NCBI GenBank assembly: GCA_046484135.1
Contig: JAWOBU010000030.1
Coordinates: 1-31,601, forward strand
From: a bacterium
GTDB lineage: Bacteria > RBG-13-61-14 > DATKZS01
DNA: 31,601 nt
Direction of reading: 5' to 3'
A program made the position numbers and the translations under genes. The notes below the pieces were generated by a model. The model was not told the DNA's origin, ran no database searches, and worked only from the letters and a program-made list of their open reading frames with translations. Below are positions 9,461 to 18,284 of the stretch, in pieces (the first letter of the stretch is position 1; each line of letters starts with the position of its first letter).

Positions 9461-9800
9461 GCCCACAACTCGGCCATCCGGATAGCCCACACAACTCAGC
9501 CATCCGGATAGCCCACACAACTTGTTGTGTGGGCAGACTCACGAAGTGGGTCTGCAGGTACTTTGTAAAAGATGTTTGCCGCACTCCTCCCTCATCAAAC
9601 AACCCGGCCTTCTTCGTGTATTTTACCAAACGAAGCGCATTCTCCCATGATCTTTGATCCCCACACAACAAGTTGTGTGGGCCATCTTGCGGGAATTGTG
9701 CGGGCCATCGTCCGGGGGTTGTGCGGGCCATCTTGCGGGGGGGGTTGTGTGATCGCGACTAAAGTCGCTCGCACAGCGCAGATGGGGTTGTGCGGGCCGG
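9461..9800. repeat. Cluster of palindromic REP/REPIN-like repeats
   Basis: GATAGCCCACACAACTTGTTGTGTGGG (9507-9533) is an inverted repeat of CCCACACAACAAGTTGTGTGGGCCATC (9660-9686). Tandem partial copies on both sides (GCCATCCGGATAGCCCACACAACT x2; TTGTG[C/T]GGGCC x4), hairpin GCAGACTCAC-GAA-GTGGGTCTGC, and second-family REP TCGCGACTAAAGTCGCTCGCAC (9753-9774). Confidence 0.75.
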
Positions 9801-9965
9801 GTTCCGAGAAGGAGTCATGGCCTGTACCAAAGTCCGCGGCTCATGCACGCCTCGGCAGCTTTTGCGTTTTTTCATTTTCACTTTGGCCCCGAGGCATCTG
9901 TGCGTTTTCAAGGAGGACGAGAAAGTTAAACGAGAAATTTTGGGGGAACTCCACTTCCGTGCCCC

Positions 9966-10000
9966 TTGACAAGGCCGGAGAATCTGGTATTATAGTACCT
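9966..10000 (+). promoter_or_regulatory. Sigma70-type promoter of the Rrf2 operon with an overlapping putative operator
   Basis: TTGACA (9966-9971), 16 bp, extended -10 TGgTATTAT; imperfect palindrome GGTATTATAGTACC overlaps the -10 (autoregulation inferred). Confidence 0.6.
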
Positions 10001-10022
10001 AAATAACATTAAGGGGAAGAAA

Positions 10023-10457
10023 ATGGCCCAGATACTGAAAATCTCCGAAGCAGCCAACCTGGGGTTCCACGCCATGCTCATGATGGCCGAGGACCCGGAC
10101 AGGAGGGTCACCACCCGCGACATAGCGGAACGGTTCGAGGTGTCCGAGTTCCACCTTTCCAAGATTCTCCAAAGGCTCAAGTCCGCGGGCCTGTTGAAGT
10201 CGGTGCGCGGTCCGCAGGGCGGGTTTACCCTGAACCGTTCACCGTCGGAGATCACGCTTCTGGAGGTGTTTGAAAACATAGAGGGTCATCTGGAGCCTAC
10301 CAAGTGTCTCCTGAACTCGCCGTTGTGCGGCCGCAAAGAGTGCATATTCGGTGGGCTTCTGCTTAACGTAAACCGGGAGATAGCCGATTACTTGAAAGAG
10401 ACTAGGCTTTCCGACCTGGTGAGTTCCGGCAAGAAAAGAAAGGCGGGGAAGAGATGA
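10023..10457 (+). CDS. Rrf2-family transcriptional regulator with three Cys (Fe-S binding)
   Basis: HLSKILQRL, SVRGPQGGF, ITLLEVFENIEG, C..C..C cluster. Confidence 0.93.
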   Translation: MAQILKISEAANLGFHAMLMMAEDPDRRVTTRDIAERFEVSEFHLSKILQRLKSAGLLKSVRGPQGGFTLNRSPSEITLLEVFENIEGHLEPTKCLLNSPLCGRKECIFGGLLLNVNREIADYLKETRLSDLVSSGKKRKAGKR

Positions 10458-11242
10458 AAAAGAAACGGCCCATAATCGAGATTGCCGAAGAGAAGTGCGA
10501 CGGTTGCGGCAACTGCATCCTGGCCTGCCAGGAGGGCGCCTTGAAGCTGGTGAACGGCAAGGCCCGGCTGGTCGGCGAGGTCCTGTGTGACGGACTGGGC
10601 GCCTGCATCGGGGAATGCCCGCAAGGCGCTCTCACCATCAGCGAGCGGGAGGCGGAGGAGTTTGACGAGAAGGCGGTGGAAGAGCACCTGGCCGCGCAGC
10701 CCAAGGCAGAAGCGGCTTGCGAGGATGAGGGCGGCACGCTTGCCTGCGGCTGTCCGTCCAGCGAAAGCATGGAGCTGAATACGCAGAGTACCGCCCTTCA
10801 CTCTGAAGACTCTGAAGAAGACGGCAAGGACGAACAATCGCAACTTGCGCACTGGCCCATCAAGCTCAAGCTCATCCCGCCGGACGCTCCTTTTCTGAAG
10901 GGCAAGGACCTGGTGCTTCTGGCGGACTGCTCCGCCGCTGCTTTTCCTCCCTTGCATCGCAAGCTCCTGTCCGGACGGTCGGTCGCCATGGGCTGTCCCA
11001 AGTTCGACGACCTGGAGGAGCACATCGAGAAGCTGGCCGAGTTTTTCCGGAGGTCGGAGCTCAACTCGGTAACGGTGGTCCACATGGAGGTCCCCTGTTG
11101 TAAAGGTTTTGTATACGCCGCAGAGAAAGCTCTGGAGCGAAGCGGCGTGGACCTGGAAGTCATAAACATGAAGGTAAGCCGCGACGGCGTAGTGCTGGAG
11201 GAGTACCAGAGCAAGGCCGGCGCCCGCTCGGCGGCTTTGTAA
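10454..11242 (+). CDS. 4Fe-4S dicluster / iron-sulfur cluster-binding protein
   Basis: CDGCGNCILAC, CDGLGACIGECP, CGCPS, HWPIKL, ADC, GCPKFD, MEVPCC. Confidence 0.9.
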   Translation: MKKKRPIIEIAEEKCDGCGNCILACQEGALKLVNGKARLVGEVLCDGLGACIGECPQGALTISEREAEEFDEKAVEEHLAAQPKAEAACEDEGGTLACGCPSSESMELNTQSTALHSEDSEEDGKDEQSQLAHWPIKLKLIPPDAPFLKGKDLVLLADCSAAAFPPLHRKLLSGRSVAMGCPKFDDLEEHIEKLAEFFRRSELNSVTVVHMEVPCCKGFVYAAEKALERSGVDLEVINMKVSRDGVVLEEYQSKAGARSAAL

Positions 11243-11278
11243 AAAGAGCCGCCGAAGGTATTAAAGGAGAGGTATCTC

Positions 11279-12043
11279 ATGGGCAACACATTATGTCCGG
11301 GACAGGACACCCGGTTCTGGCGGCCGGGCGACATCTTCGAGGTGAACTGCCAAAGCTGCGGCAACAGCATCGAGTTCTTTAAAGACGAGGCGACCCGCCG
11401 TTGCCGGAAGTGCGGCGCGCGGGTGACCAATCCTCGCTTCAGCCTGGGTTGCGCCCAGTGGTGCGAGCACGCCAAGGAGTGCCTGGGCTATGACCCCAAG
11501 GAGGCCGCGGAGAAGGACGAGGCGGCCGAGTCAATGGTGGACAGGCTCATAGCGGACATGAAATCAGTGTTCGGAAAAGACCAGAAGCGGATCGAACATG
11601 CTCTAACCGTGCTGGAGCATGCCCGCGCTCTTCTGGGGCAAGAAGAGGTGGAGCCCAAGGTGGTGATGGCCGCGGCAGTCCTTCATGACATCGGCATCAA
11701 GGAGGCGGAGAGAAAGCACGGGTCCGCGGCGGGGGCCTACCAGGAGATGGAAGGACCGCCCATTGCCGAGCGCATCATGAAGGAGGCGGGCCTGGACCAA
11801 GACACCATCGAACACGTCTCCCATATCGTGGGAAGCCATCACCGGGGAAACGACATTGACACCCCCGAGTTCCGGATCGTGTGGGACGCGGACTTTCTCG
11901 TGAACCTGCCCGAAGAACATCCCGACCTTTCCGGCGCCGAGCTGGAAGAAAAGATCGAAAAGCTCATGAGGACCGAGGCCGGCAAGGCCCGGGCGGTGGA
12001 CATGTTTCTGTCCAAGCACGAGACACCTGCCGGACAGGATTGA
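11279..12043 (+). CDS. HD-domain phosphohydrolase with N-terminal Cys-rich zinc ribbon
   Basis: CPGQD, CQSC, CRKC, CAQWC..A.EC; RIEH, LHDIG, GSHH, VWDAD. Confidence 0.88.
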   Translation: MGNTLCPGQDTRFWRPGDIFEVNCQSCGNSIEFFKDEATRRCRKCGARVTNPRFSLGCAQWCEHAKECLGYDPKEAAEKDEAAESMVDRLIADMKSVFGKDQKRIEHALTVLEHARALLGQEEVEPKVVMAAAVLHDIGIKEAERKHGSAAGAYQEMEGPPIAERIMKEAGLDQDTIEHVSHIVGSHHRGNDIDTPEFRIVWDADFLVNLPEEHPDLSGAELEEKIEKLMRTEAGKARAVDMFLSKHETPAGQD

Positions 12044-12049
12044 TGGACT

Positions 12050-12742
12050 TTACCAACGCAATTCTATCCCCGCGGTCAGGTCTCCTTTCAGCGCGGAGGT
12101 GTGGTGGTCCATGGTAAGGCGGGAGCCGAGGACCATGGACAGGTCCGCTTTTCTTGTTTCCAGCCGAAGTGGCGAGTACTCGATTTCGAGCTGGTACTCG
12201 TGCAGTCCGGTGCCTGCTTTCACGGATGTCATGGGCTTTCCCGCCCACACCTTTTCAGCAGGAGCAGGGCTCTCGTTTTTACGCAGGAGTGGTCCGGTAT
12301 CCACGGGAGCGTCGGGAACGGTGTCAGCGAACAGCTTGGGTGTAAGCTCCATCTCGCCTGGCTCCTCGTCCAGCACGTCCGGGTCCCGGTATACCCACCA
12401 TCCGCGTTCCTCGTCCTTTACGACGACTTCTCTTTTCACCTTGGCCAGGCACTTCTCGCAGTCGGGAGGCGCATCATCGAGTTCTTTGCCGCTGCTTTTA
12501 GCACGCCAGCTCGACTTTTGGGAAGGCTCTTTTTTTACCGCCTTCGTGAACATCTCCAGCCCGGAGCGTAACCGCCGGAAAGCAGCAAGGGAGTTCTCCT
12601 TCTTCATCCTCTCGATCACGAGGTCACGCTCCGCAATCTTCTTATGGCAAAACCTCTCCTTGACCTTCCATCCTGCCAGTGTGCCCGCGCCACAGGCCGC
12701 GGCCAGGAACACCAGGAGCAAAAACAATTTAATTTTGTCCAT
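12050..12742 (-). CDS. Membrane-anchored lysis-cassette protein (spanin-like candidate)
   Basis: Start MDKIKLFLLLVFLAAAC (lipobox-like), coiled segment, C-terminal alternating beta-strands ending LTAGIELRW; last gene after endolysin and holin. Function inferred from position. Confidence 0.45.
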   Translation of the reverse strand: MDKIKLFLLLVFLAAACGAGTLAGWKVKERFCHKKIAERDLVIERMKKENSLAAFRRLRSGLEMFTKAVKKEPSQKSSWRAKSSGKELDDAPPDCEKCLAKVKREVVVKDEERGWWVYRDPDVLDEEPGEMELTPKLFADTVPDAPVDTGPLLRKNESPAPAEKVWAGKPMTSVKAGTGLHEYQLEIEYSPLRLETRKADLSMVLGSRLTMDHHTSALKGDLTAGIELRW

Positions 12743-12995
12743 CAACCTTTTTCCCCCAGGTGTAGGTCCCGGCCAGGATGGCGTTCGGGATTCCCAGGAC
12801 CGCGGCGATCCCGGAAAGACCGGAGATAAGCTCCGGCTCGGGATCAACAAGCAGTTTCATCATCAATGCCGCCACCAGCAGCAAAGTCACGCTCATGGTT
12901 ACGGAGAACCAGAAAGCGGACAGACTGAACTTGCCTCCCTTCTCGGCCAAAGGATATAAAAAACTCTGCTTTTCCTTTCGGCTTTCTTCTTTCAT
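12729..12995 (-). CDS. Putative holin (88 aa, two TM segments)
   Basis: Start MKEESRK; hydrophobic AFWFSVTMSVTLLLVAALM and LISGLSGIAAVLGIPNAILAG, charged termini; next to the endolysin. Confidence 0.55.
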   Translation of the reverse strand: MKEESRKEKQSFLYPLAEKGGKFSLSAFWFSVTMSVTLLLVAALMMKLLVDPEPELISGLSGIAAVLGIPNAILAGTYTWGKKVDGQN

Positions 12996-13017
12996 GGCCT
13001 GTCCTCGCAAAAACAGA

Positions 13018-13515
13018 CTACCAGTTGCGGCCCCGGAGCCACTCCGCCCTTGCCAGGACGTCTTCGCCGTAGTCTCTGCCGGTCGTGTAATAATCAAAAG
13101 GATGTCCTTGGCGCAGAGCGCGCAGGGCCCGTGACAGCCCGCAGTTATAACCGGCCAGGGCCATGTGGAGCCGGTCCTTGTCCGAAAGATCGGGACACCG
13201 CTCGCGGACGGCTTCCAGGTTCTTGCGCAACAGGTAGCAGCCGTAGGCCAGGTTGGCCGCCGGGTTCCGCCACAGGTCGCCTATGGAAAGAAAGGCGTCA
13301 TGCCAGCGGTCGTCAATCTGCATCAGTCCCCTGCCGTGTCCGCGGTCGCCGGTATCGGGCGGGCAGCCGTTCTTGCCCAGCAGCCTTCCCGCTCCTGACT
13401 CGCGGGAGACCACTGCGGCGACTATGGCGGGGTCTAGCTCAAATGTTTCCGAGACCTCTTTTATAAGCCCCTCTAACATTTCCAGCCAGGGAAAATCGAG
13501 CTCCATTATCCTCAT
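13018..13515 (-). CDS. Endolysin, goose-type lysozyme / SLT (GH23) fold
   Basis: AAVVSRESGAG, GDRGHGRGLMQIDDRWH, ALAGYNCG, TTGRDYGEDVLARA closely follow g-type lysozyme motifs. Confidence 0.88.
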   Translation of the reverse strand: MRIMELDFPWLEMLEGLIKEVSETFELDPAIVAAVVSRESGAGRLLGKNGCPPDTGDRGHGRGLMQIDDRWHDAFLSIGDLWRNPAANLAYGCYLLRKNLEAVRERCPDLSDKDRLHMALAGYNCGLSRALRALRQGHPFDYYTTGRDYGEDVLARAEWLRGRNW

Positions 13516-13790
13516 GGGCCGTCCTCCGCTATTCTTCTCCTGCCGTTTCGACGGGCCAGCCGTATCTTGATGTCCTCCAGGGAGTCCTCCATCCGTTTCT
13601 GCGCGGCCTTGATCTCCTTTACGTCTTCACTCAACGAGTGGTGCTGAAGACCGCAGTACTCCCGTTCGACCTTGCGCTCCAATTGGTTCTGCAACATCTC
13701 GATCCGCTGGTGATGGTTTCTCCAGGCGATTCCCCAGAGAAGGACCACCACCGCTCCGTTTATAAGAACCGTAGAAATCATCTGTTCCAT
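13512..13790 (-). CDS. Small single-TM coiled-coil protein (holin/antiholin-like)
   Basis: N-terminal TM VLINGAVVVLLWGIAW followed by a coiled coil and basic tail; coupled to the endolysin. Confidence 0.5.
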   Translation of the reverse strand: MEQMISTVLINGAVVVLLWGIAWRNHHQRIEMLQNQLERKVEREYCGLQHHSLSEDVKEIKAAQKRMEDSLEDIKIRLARRNGRRRIAEDGP

Positions 13791-13807
13791 CTCCTCTCCT
13801 CCCGGCG

Positions 13808-14290
13808 TCAGATTACGCCGACCTTGGCCGCCACCGTGCGCATGTACACGTCCCGGTCGTTTAAGTCTCCGTGCTTCGACTCGACCCGGAAAAGGCGCCA
13901 GTCACCCGCCCCTGCGAAAGCGCCGCTTGCCGGCACCGTCAGGGCTTGGAGGGCATACCCCCCTTGCGGCGCCGAGACCTCCTCGGATATGTTGTCTCCC
14001 CCGGAGCCGTCCTTGATCCTTACCCGGAACTTCCGGTCATACGCGTCGTAGCTGTAGAACCCTTCCACTTGGAAGACCAGGTTGTAAACGTAGGAAGGAA
14101 CAAAGATATAACCCTGTTTGATAGTGGTCCAGTTGCCGCCGGCGATCGTTTTCACGCGCTCTGTGTCCATGTAGACCAGCACCATGTTCGCCGCCAGGTA
14201 GTCGAAGTTCTCCCGGATTTTGTCCATGAGCGCCTGGTTCAAAGGACTGTTGGTGTCAGTCTCGCCGGCCATGATCTTCTGAAAACTCAT
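13808..14290 (-). CDS. Putative tail tip / short fibre protein
   Basis: Follows the tail hub gene; N-terminal anchor-like helix (IMAGETDTNSPLNQALMDKIRENFDYL) and beta-rich C-terminus. Confidence 0.5.
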   Translation of the reverse strand: MSFQKIMAGETDTNSPLNQALMDKIRENFDYLAANMVLVYMDTERVKTIAGGNWTTIKQGYIFVPSYVYNLVFQVEGFYSYDAYDRKFRVRIKDGSGGDNISEEVSAPQGGYALQALTVPASGAFAGAGDWRLFRVESKHGDLNDRDVYMRTVAAKVGVI

Positions 14291-14302
14291 TCTTTATCCT
14301 CC

Positions 14303-16234
14303 TCAATAAATGTAATAGCCGTCCTCCAAGTCGGGGCCCACCCGATTATCAGCGTCTCCGATCCAGCCGTACCTCTTTTTCTCCGAAGCCTCGGCATCGC
14401 CGTAATCGTAATTTAGCTCGGCTGGAGCTATGACCGGGTATCGCCGGGAGAAGCTGGTATCAATGGCCTTGTACTCCACCAAGTTATCGGCGCGCTGCTC
14501 TTTCCGGAGTATCTCGTAAAGCGAATCGGCACGGGCCGCTCCCGCGGCATCAACTATGTCTTTCGTCTCCAGAAACACGAAGTCGCCGACCTCGAGGGCC
14601 GCGTCTTTCAGCTCGAGCGCGAAATTGAAAGAGGGAGCGCCCTTGCCGTATCTGGCCAGGTAGCGGGAAGCAAGGAGCATGGCCTCGTGTTCACGGAATA
14701 TCCAGCGCGAGAACACTTCTTTTGGCTTTTCCCTGCCGAAGTAGATGTCGCTCTCCGCGTCCGCGTCTATCATTTTCAAGAGGCCGGCATAGTCGGAGGG
14801 ATTGTTGCCGGCGTTCGAGCTTAAGGGACTGTAATAGACACTGATGCGGGTCGCTTGCGTTTTCAGGCCGGGTTCCCACGAGGTCGAGCCGCACACCAGC
14901 CCGGTCCGGTCGTCAATCCTCTTGGGCGTGCTTGTATAAAAGGGCGGTGCTACGGACTTGGCCGCGATAGTCGAGTTCTCCGACTGCCACACGTGCACGA
15001 GCGCCTGGCTGCGAAGCTCGTTGACCAGGTCTTTTATGGACAAGGGATTTTCCGCGAACCTCTTGTACCTGGTCCCGGACATCCATCTTCCCAGCTCGGC
15101 GCTGAAAAGGGTCAAATATACAGGGTCCCCCGAAGCATGCTCCGAAGGTGTACTGCCGTAGGCCCCTCTTTTTTTCACCTGCAAATCAGAGCCGTCTATG
15201 CCGCGGTAAAGAACGAGCTCGTCCCCGATTCGTATGACACCGGTCTCCGGAAAGCTCTCCGGCTTGTCTACCGGCACGGACCCGCCGGTATCGGTGATCG
15301 CTCCCGTCAACACGGCGCCGGAGTCGGTTACGGCTATGTCCAGAGGACTGATTCCGCCGTGGCTGCACAAAAGGGAAAGAAAGATTTCATCGGCGGCGAT
15401 ACCATCGCCCGTGTCCTCGTCCGCAAACACCGATACCTGCTTCACCGGGGTCCCTGCACCATGAGACGTCGAGGACGAGCCGAACCTGCCCGGCTCGCAG
15501 CCGGTAAGCGTGTCCCCGTTCACGCCTGCGAAAAGCACGTACTCGTCGTCTATCTTGACGCAGCCGGGCGGCTCGAACTCGCCCCCGTCGGTGGTGTATA
15601 ACACGGAGCCACCGTTGTAAGACTGTTCCAGGACGTTGTCGGTCGAGGTCTGGGGAGGAATCTTTTTGTCCAGAAGCTTAAGCTGGTCCTTTATGATTAT
15701 CCGGCAGTTGCCCTCCTCCCACTCGACGGAGTCAATAATGCCTTTAAAGCAGAGCTTGTAGTCGTCCGTGGAGAGACCTTGAAAGCCCTGGAGGATGCGG
15801 GCGCTCCTTCCCTCGTAGTTGGGGTTCCGTGCGATAAGGTTCCGGAAGAAAGACCCCGCGGTTTCCTGGCTGGAAGCGCTCTTGTCCGGGTTGGCCATTG
15901 CTAAAGGCAGGTCGTCGTGGAACTCGACAGTAAGCCGGGCGCGCCTGGTGACCTCTTTCTCCGGCCGGATCTCGGTGGGGACCGTTTTTATGCTGGAGAG
16001 ATATGGCAACGCCCCCGGCACAAAAGGCCCCTCCGCCATGGAGAACCAATACTCCTTCTTGCCCGCGTTGAAGTTTGCCGGGTCCTTGCAGGTGGGATAG
16101 GTGTAATAACAGTAAGGCGGGCTGGACGCCGTGCAGGGGTCCTGTCCGTACTCGTGCGTGCAGTAGTCGAACTCCAGTACCACCAGCCAGGCAACGGTCC
16201 GGACCAGGGAATGTTTATATTCGTCGTAGTCCAT
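14303..16234 (-). CDS. Tail tip / hub (central tail) protein
   Basis: Start MDYDEYK; Cys-rich N-terminus (CTHEYGQDPCTA...CYYTYPTCKD), two internal G-x-I-x-I-x-x-E repeats, C-terminal LEVGDFV motif typical of phage tail hubs; position in the tail module. Confidence 0.65.
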   Translation of the reverse strand: MDYDEYKHSLVRTVAWLVVLEFDYCTHEYGQDPCTASSPPYCYYTYPTCKDPANFNAGKKEYWFSMAEGPFVPGALPYLSSIKTVPTEIRPEKEVTRRARLTVEFHDDLPLAMANPDKSASSQETAGSFFRNLIARNPNYEGRSARILQGFQGLSTDDYKLCFKGIIDSVEWEEGNCRIIIKDQLKLLDKKIPPQTSTDNVLEQSYNGGSVLYTTDGGEFEPPGCVKIDDEYVLFAGVNGDTLTGCEPGRFGSSSTSHGAGTPVKQVSVFADEDTGDGIAADEIFLSLLCSHGGISPLDIAVTDSGAVLTGAITDTGGSVPVDKPESFPETGVIRIGDELVLYRGIDGSDLQVKKRGAYGSTPSEHASGDPVYLTLFSAELGRWMSGTRYKRFAENPLSIKDLVNELRSQALVHVWQSENSTIAAKSVAPPFYTSTPKRIDDRTGLVCGSTSWEPGLKTQATRISVYYSPLSSNAGNNPSDYAGLLKMIDADAESDIYFGREKPKEVFSRWIFREHEAMLLASRYLARYGKGAPSFNFALELKDAALEVGDFVFLETKDIVDAAGAARADSLYEILRKEQRADNLVEYKAIDTSFSRRYPVIAPAELNYDYGDAEASEKKRYGWIGDADNRVGPDLEDGYYIY

Positions 16235-16236
16235 GT

Positions 16237-17007
16237 CTACTCCGCTTTGCCGGTGAAGCTGAGGGAAAGGCTCCGCCACGGTCCTTCATAAGGCGACTCC
16301 ATCTTGTTGCCGGCAAGCCGCACAAACCGGGCCTGTTCCGGCCTTCCCGCCGAGTCCCAGGCAAAGAAGAAGGGCTTGGTGCCGTGACTTTTGTAGAACT
16401 CCATCCACTCGTTCTCGATAAAAAAAGCAGGCAGGCGGCTGAACTCGATCAGGATGTTTCGCTTCCGGTAGCGCTCAGCCACACCCAAAAGGTTCCCGCA
16501 CCTGCTGTAGCGCACCGCTGATTCGATTTCCTCGCCGTCCGGGTCAAAGCCGGGGTCGGGGTAGACCGGGAAAGTAAGCGCCGCTCCCAGAAAGAGCACG
16601 CCCATGTAAGGCGTCTCGCTGTAACCGGACGGAATGACCATCTTGAGAAAGCGGCATGAGACCGACACGAACTTCCGGAAGAACACCGAATCATCAGCCG
16701 GGTCCTGCGGCTCCAGGCAGGGAGTGTAAGTGACGTCGTCGTCGCTCCAGTAAAGGCCCATGCCGGTTACACCCGCGCTGTAAAGGTTGTGGCCCGCCAC
16801 TGCCCAGGTGTCCGCGGTGACGGTGTTGCCTTCTCCCGCGTCCAGCTTGACGTAGACCTCGCCGGAGCCGGAAGGCTTCCACAAGGTGTAGTCGCGGAGG
16901 TCGGTGAGGTTCTGGAAAGGGTATCCCTCGGCGTCCGCGGTGTGGGTTACGGTAACGCCGTTGTCAGCCAGGAGGTTCTCCCAAGCTATGACCGGTTTGA
17001 CGTTCAT
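16237..17007 (-). CDS. Distal tail / minor tail protein
   Basis: Immediately downstream of the tape-measure-like gene; NL.D...T.W, AGHNL, KPFFFAWD features. Confidence 0.55.
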   Translation of the reverse strand: MNVKPVIAWENLLADNGVTVTHTADAEGYPFQNLTDLRDYTLWKPSGSGEVYVKLDAGEGNTVTADTWAVAGHNLYSAGVTGMGLYWSDDDVTYTPCLEPQDPADDSVFFRKFVSVSCRFLKMVIPSGYSETPYMGVLFLGAALTFPVYPDPGFDPDGEEIESAVRYSRCGNLLGVAERYRKRNILIEFSRLPAFFIENEWMEFYKSHGTKPFFFAWDSAGRPEQARFVRLAGNKMESPYEGPWRSLSLSFTGKAE

Positions 17008-17615
17008 GATGCGACCTCCAGGACCACGTCGTCGGAGACGTTTTCATTGATGGCGTCAATAAGGTTCCGGGCGAACTCGTAGGTGTCCACCATGCCCACC
17101 TGTCTGCCCACGTTCACAACCACGCGGGAGGTTTTCTCTTCCCTTTCTTTTCCCCGACCATGTTCTTTCCCGCCGCCGGCGCCTGCGCCTCCTCCCTTGG
17201 CGCCCGAGGGACTGGCCGCCTTGGCAGCGGCGGCGTACTGCTTGGCCGCCAGGGTATGCTTCAATGAACTCGCCAGCGCCGAAGGATCGCGGGTCCCCAG
17301 AAACCTCGCAAACTCCTTGGTGGCCTCCGCTACCTCGAAGGGGATCATTATCTTGGCCTGGTCCTTGATGGACGCGCCTAAAAGGCCGGCCAATGAGCCT
17401 GCCATGTTGCGGTAGCTGTTTAACTGCTCCGCGTGCGCGCTCTGCTTGATGTTGCTGACCATGCTCTCCCACCACCGGACCCGCTCCGCTCTTCTCGCAA
17501 AGGCCTCTTCCACCATCTCCCTTTCGCGAACAAGGTAGTCGGCCATGGTCCGCTCCCTTTCCATGAGCGTCCGCTCCAGCGACCGGTTGTCCGGGAATCG
17601 TTCATTCTCGTTCAT
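17004..17615 (-). CDS. Short tape-measure-like protein (203 aa)
   Basis: Occupies the TMP slot after the frameshifting chaperone; helical Ala-rich body, Gly-rich linker, C-terminal VVVNV...ARNLIDAINE motif typical of TMP C-termini. Confidence 0.55.
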   Translation of the reverse strand: MNENERFPDNRSLERTLMERERTMADYLVREREMVEEAFARRAERVRWWESMVSNIKQSAHAEQLNSYRNMAGSLAGLLGASIKDQAKIMIPFEVAEATKEFARFLGTRDPSALASSLKHTLAAKQYAAAAKAASPSGAKGGGAGAGGGKEHGRGKEREEKTSRVVVNVGRQVGMVDTYEFARNLIDAINENVSDDVVLEVAS

Positions 17616-18218
17616 CGTCCGTCTCCTTTATCAGGGCGAACAGCCAGAGCTCGAAGGGATCGAGGTCCGTCTTGTGCAAGGGATACCCGGCGTCCACGAG
17701 CTTCTTCCAGAACAGGACCCGCAAAAGCGTGGTCGAAAGCCGCTCCAGCACCGGCTCATCGCAGTTTGCGCAGGTCCAGGCCCGAAAGCGGCTATGCTTT
17801 TCCGCGCAGCTTTGACAGCTCGTGAGCCTGCCCCTAAGAACCGCCCGGGCATCCCTTATGATTTTTTTGATGCGTCCCCCTCCATGAACTCGGGAATCCG
17901 GGAGAGATACTGCCCGAGCGCGATCAGGACCAACGGGCTCTCCCTGCAGGTCCTCTCCTTCCACTCCCCGGCTGACTCATCCTCGGAAGCTTTGCCCCAC
18001 TCGGGCCCGCCGCCGGCAATGCCGGTTATACAGGAGCGACCGAGCTCCAGGTTCGCGAGCAGCGTCCTTCCCGCGTCCTCGTCCTCATCACCTCGCGGCA
18101 TCTTCTGCACCAGGGTGTTGATAAGCTCGCCCGGCTCCGGGTTTTTGTAAAGCACGCTGATTATGCTGTCTCCTACTTTCAGATTCAGAACCCCGTCCTG
18201 GTTTGCCTGCTCAGCCAT
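17602..18218 (-). CDS. Tail assembly chaperone G (17856-18218, 120 aa) and -1 frameshift product GT (about 205 aa, ends 17602)
   Basis: Lies between tail tube and TMP. Minus-strand reading TCA AAA AAA TCA TAA has slippery A AAA AAA just before the stop, and the -1 frame is open to 17602. Confidence 0.75.
17862..17868 (-). other. Programmed -1 ribosomal frameshift slippery heptamer (A AAA AAA)
   Basis: T7 run on the + strand, in X XXY YYZ register relative to the chaperone frame. Confidence 0.72.
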
Positions 18219-18284
18219 CTGTGCCTCCTTTATCTCGAACGACTTGTTCGAAGTCTTAAAAGTCCGGCTTTTGTCCCGCCGTGA

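Noticed and set aside
9461..9800. Possible CRISPR array
   Set aside because: Repeats are of unequal length, partly inverted, lack regular unique spacers, and no cas genes are present.
9276..10006. ORFs 9276-9731 (-) and 9572-10006 (+)
   Set aside because: They run through repeats and the promoter region and have no protein-like motifs.
12030..12070. Prophage attachment site or tRNA at the cluster's left boundary
   Set aside because: Only 6 bp separate the converging stop codons; I found no tRNA fragment or repeat shared with the right end.
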